DNA of 64,000 bases from Scyliorhinus canicula (Eukaryota): the NCBI RefSeq assembly GCF_902713615.1, contig NC_052157.1, positions 5,572,327 to 5,636,326 on the forward strand, given 5' to 3'. The translations under genes and the position numbers were made by a program. Of this stretch, positions 61,670 to 64,000 are shown piece after piece. Every line of letters begins with the position of its first letter. Position 1 is the first letter of the stretch. The notes beneath the pieces were generated by a model that was not told the DNA's origin, did no database searches, and saw only the letters and a program-made list of their open reading frames with translations.

Positions 61670-61778
61670 CTGTGTACATCCCTGCTCTGTACGTTCTCCC
61701 TAGTGGCATTTTCTAAATGGGTTAGCAATTCCTCTGCTGATGATCCATTAAATTCAATTAGGTTCTGAAGTTTTTCAG
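61670..61778 (-). CDS. SPG11: spatacsin coding exon (approx. human exon 23)
   Basis: Not in ORF track. Reads (A)EKLQNLIEFNGSSAEELLTHLENATRENVQSRDVH(R); cag|CT acceptor, AG|gtaac donor; 109 nt, phases fit both neighbours. Confidence 0.9.
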
Positions 61779-62159
61779 CTGAGGAAGACACAATGAGGCA
61801 AAGATCAGACTTTAGCCGAGATGTTATACTGATTAATGAACATGAAAATTGTTCAAATGACTAATAGTAAATTTTAGAAATGAATATAATTGCCAGGTTA
61901 GAAATAAAGATTTTAAAGGGTCATTCTGTAAAAGTTACAATGTTAATAAGGACAAATGTGGTATCCTAGATTAGACTGCTAAAAAGTAAAAATAAAAGAT
62001 AAAAGCAATGCCAGTGAACTACTAAGATGACAGGAGACTTTTTATTGTTGCTATTGTAACTGCTGCCTACATTTTATTGTTACAGTTCTTTACTTAACAG
62101 GGCCAGTTTTCATGGCCTCCATTAGGATGCTTAACTTTCCCAATATTGTAGAGTTTAAC

Positions 62160-62445
62160 TTGCAAACTCTCAACCTCCAACACTTGGAAGAATAGGGCAG
62201 CAGACACATGGGAACAATTGCTGTCCAAGTCACACACCATCCTGACGTGGAAACGCATCAACATCTCTTCACTATTGTTGGGTCAAAAACCTAGGACTTC
62301 TTCCCTAACATCATTGTGAGTGTATCCGTACCAGCTGCAGTGGTTCAAGGCAGCGGCTAACCACCACCTTTCCAAGGGCAGATTAGAATGGGAATAAATT
62401 ATGGCAATACCAGCGATGCCCACATCTCAAACAAATGAACAAAAA
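62160..62445 (+). mobile_element. CR1/L2-group LINE ('family B') 3' end
   Basis: gcagtggttcaaggcagcggctaaccaccacctt..cagcgatgcccacatc terminus. Confidence 0.68.
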
Positions 62446-63339
62446 TGCAAATCAGAGTCTTTCACCAAATGTAGGATTCTTTTGCCATTTCTATTAGGTG
62501 TCGAGAAACCAAACTTGAGGAGTGCTGCAGGCTGTTCAAAAATCACAGTAAAATATGTATCACATCAGATGCTCCTCCTGACACCAGACAAATCTCCTTC
62601 CACTTCAGCCCCCACCTGCCCCCTCTCGAACAGGAACCTTCAGCTTTGCACTGTGGCAGAAGTGCTGGATTTCCAGCCCCTCCCCACAGTTGGCAGAGTT
62701 ACCACGAGAGCCGATTCACTGTTCACATCACATGACCGTCCTCAGGACCGATCCGGCTGTTAGAATGGTTTGGGTCTCTTACAGAGAATGGCAGGTGGTC
62801 ATTGCAATGACACTGCTTGACCAAAATCAACTCCAGTACCTCAACATTCCAATTCTTTTTAACAACCTGGTGTATGCCCAGATGCTCGTATGTCTCTAGT
62901 GCCTTCCTCATACCAGCTCATGCAACTTCCAGCATAACATCGGAAACAATGCTTAAGGAGCACACAGGGATAGCTGGATAGGATTACCTTCCAGCGTTGT
63001 CCTCCTTCCCCATGATGTTCCTGGCCCAATGTGACATTTGACCGTACAGCATTGGTCAGACATTTCTCTTATGATGAACCACGTAACACAAAGCCACATG
63101 CCACCAGTGCATCATGTTCTAGTCTGCTTGTCCTAAATGCAAGCTTAAATCAAGACATGTTCCACTGATAGAGGAAACTTAACATTAGGGCAGAAATCGG
63201 CAATTCAGCCCCTCGAGCCTGCTCCGCCATTCAATTAGATCATGGCTAATGTCTTCCTGTCAGACGCCTTATCTATTAGGCCATGGGACCATCAATGTCT
63301 TTACTGGTAATACAATCAGAAAGAAAACAACATAATTAC

Positions 63340-63548
63340 CCAAGGTGTTTTGTAACGAACGGTGTTGACTCTCTTCTGCATTCATGTGCCAATGTTTCAA
63401 AATTGTATCCGCAACTTTAAGATCAATTCTGAGTTTAAAGCTGGAAGCACCAAGTAATTCAAGAAAGGCAACGCATGCTGCAGCAACAGGGGGTACAGTA
63501 AAGTGAGTTAACCCTAGGTTGTACGCCTCGATGCTTGCTCGCTGCATC
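63340..63548 (-). CDS. SPG11: spatacsin coding exon (approx. human exon 22)
   Basis: Encodes MQRASIEAYNLGLTHFTVPPVAAACVAFLELLGASSFKLRIDLKVADTIL..., matching recalled spatacsin GLSSFHIPSIGAACVCFLELLG..LKLRVDMKVAN. Acceptor ttttag|G, donor G|gtaatt; 209 nt. Confidence 0.93.
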
Positions 63549-63894
63549 CTAAAACAGAAAAGAGGAAAACAAATTAGATTTTCAATCAGAGAACTGGTAT
63601 GCATACAAAATATTAGATAGATACGTTACCTAGAGTGAAGTACAAAAAAAAATTCCATGAGCTCTTTTCAACAGTAGAAACTTTAATTTATCATCATTGT
63701 ATTAAATAATCTCTACACTGCAAAATGGAGCCTCATTAATGGATCAAAAATAACTCATTTTAGACCTTCACATCAGAAATATCCAACTTGGTGGAAAATT
63801 ATTTTGCACAGCACACATCACCAAGGGAGCAAGAATGTATTTTCTTTAATCCTAAATTGCTTTCTCAGTTTATTTAAAAATATACTTTAACAGG

Positions 63895-64000
63895 GCACTG
63901 CTGTCTCACGGCGCCGAGGACCCAGGTTCGATCTCGGCCCCGGGTCACTGTGCACATGGAGCTTGCAGTCTCCCTGGGTTTCGCCCCCACAACCCAAAGA
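63895..64000 (+). mobile_element. V-SINE fragment cut by window edge
   Basis: gcactgctgtctcacggcgccgaggacccaggttcgat..gggtcactgt. Confidence 0.75.

Overview
Eukaryotic (vertebrate) genomic DNA, almost certainly from a cartilaginous fish, inferred from the HE1/V-SINE-like, CR1, Rex-Babar and Penelope-type repeat complement. The window lies inside the spatacsin gene SPG11 on the minus strand. Eleven consecutive coding exons (63548 down to 7491; 2528 nt, about 842 codons) were placed by hand with GT-AG boundaries and consistent phases. They correspond approximately to human exons 22-32, and the gene extends beyond both window edges. The introns are dense with transposons. Main items: (1) a full-length, young-looking 7.1-kb L1-clade LINE with a 14-bp TSD, an unusual poly-C tandem-array 5' UTR, and ORF2 broken only at two homopolymers; (2) a TSD-flanked, polyadenylated ORF1-only 'half-L1' element nested in a CR1 and itself split by a solo LTR; (3) a family of short TSD-flanked Penelope-type fold-back elements, one carrying an apparently intact minimal hammerhead ribozyme; (4) modular SINEs that swap heads and tails, including a subfamily with L1-type long TSDs; (5) a decayed copy of an SPG11 exon/intron junction from which the splice donor has been deleted. 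Most long ORFs in the supplied track outside these features are repeat artefacts. All homology calls are from recalled family knowledge, not database searches.
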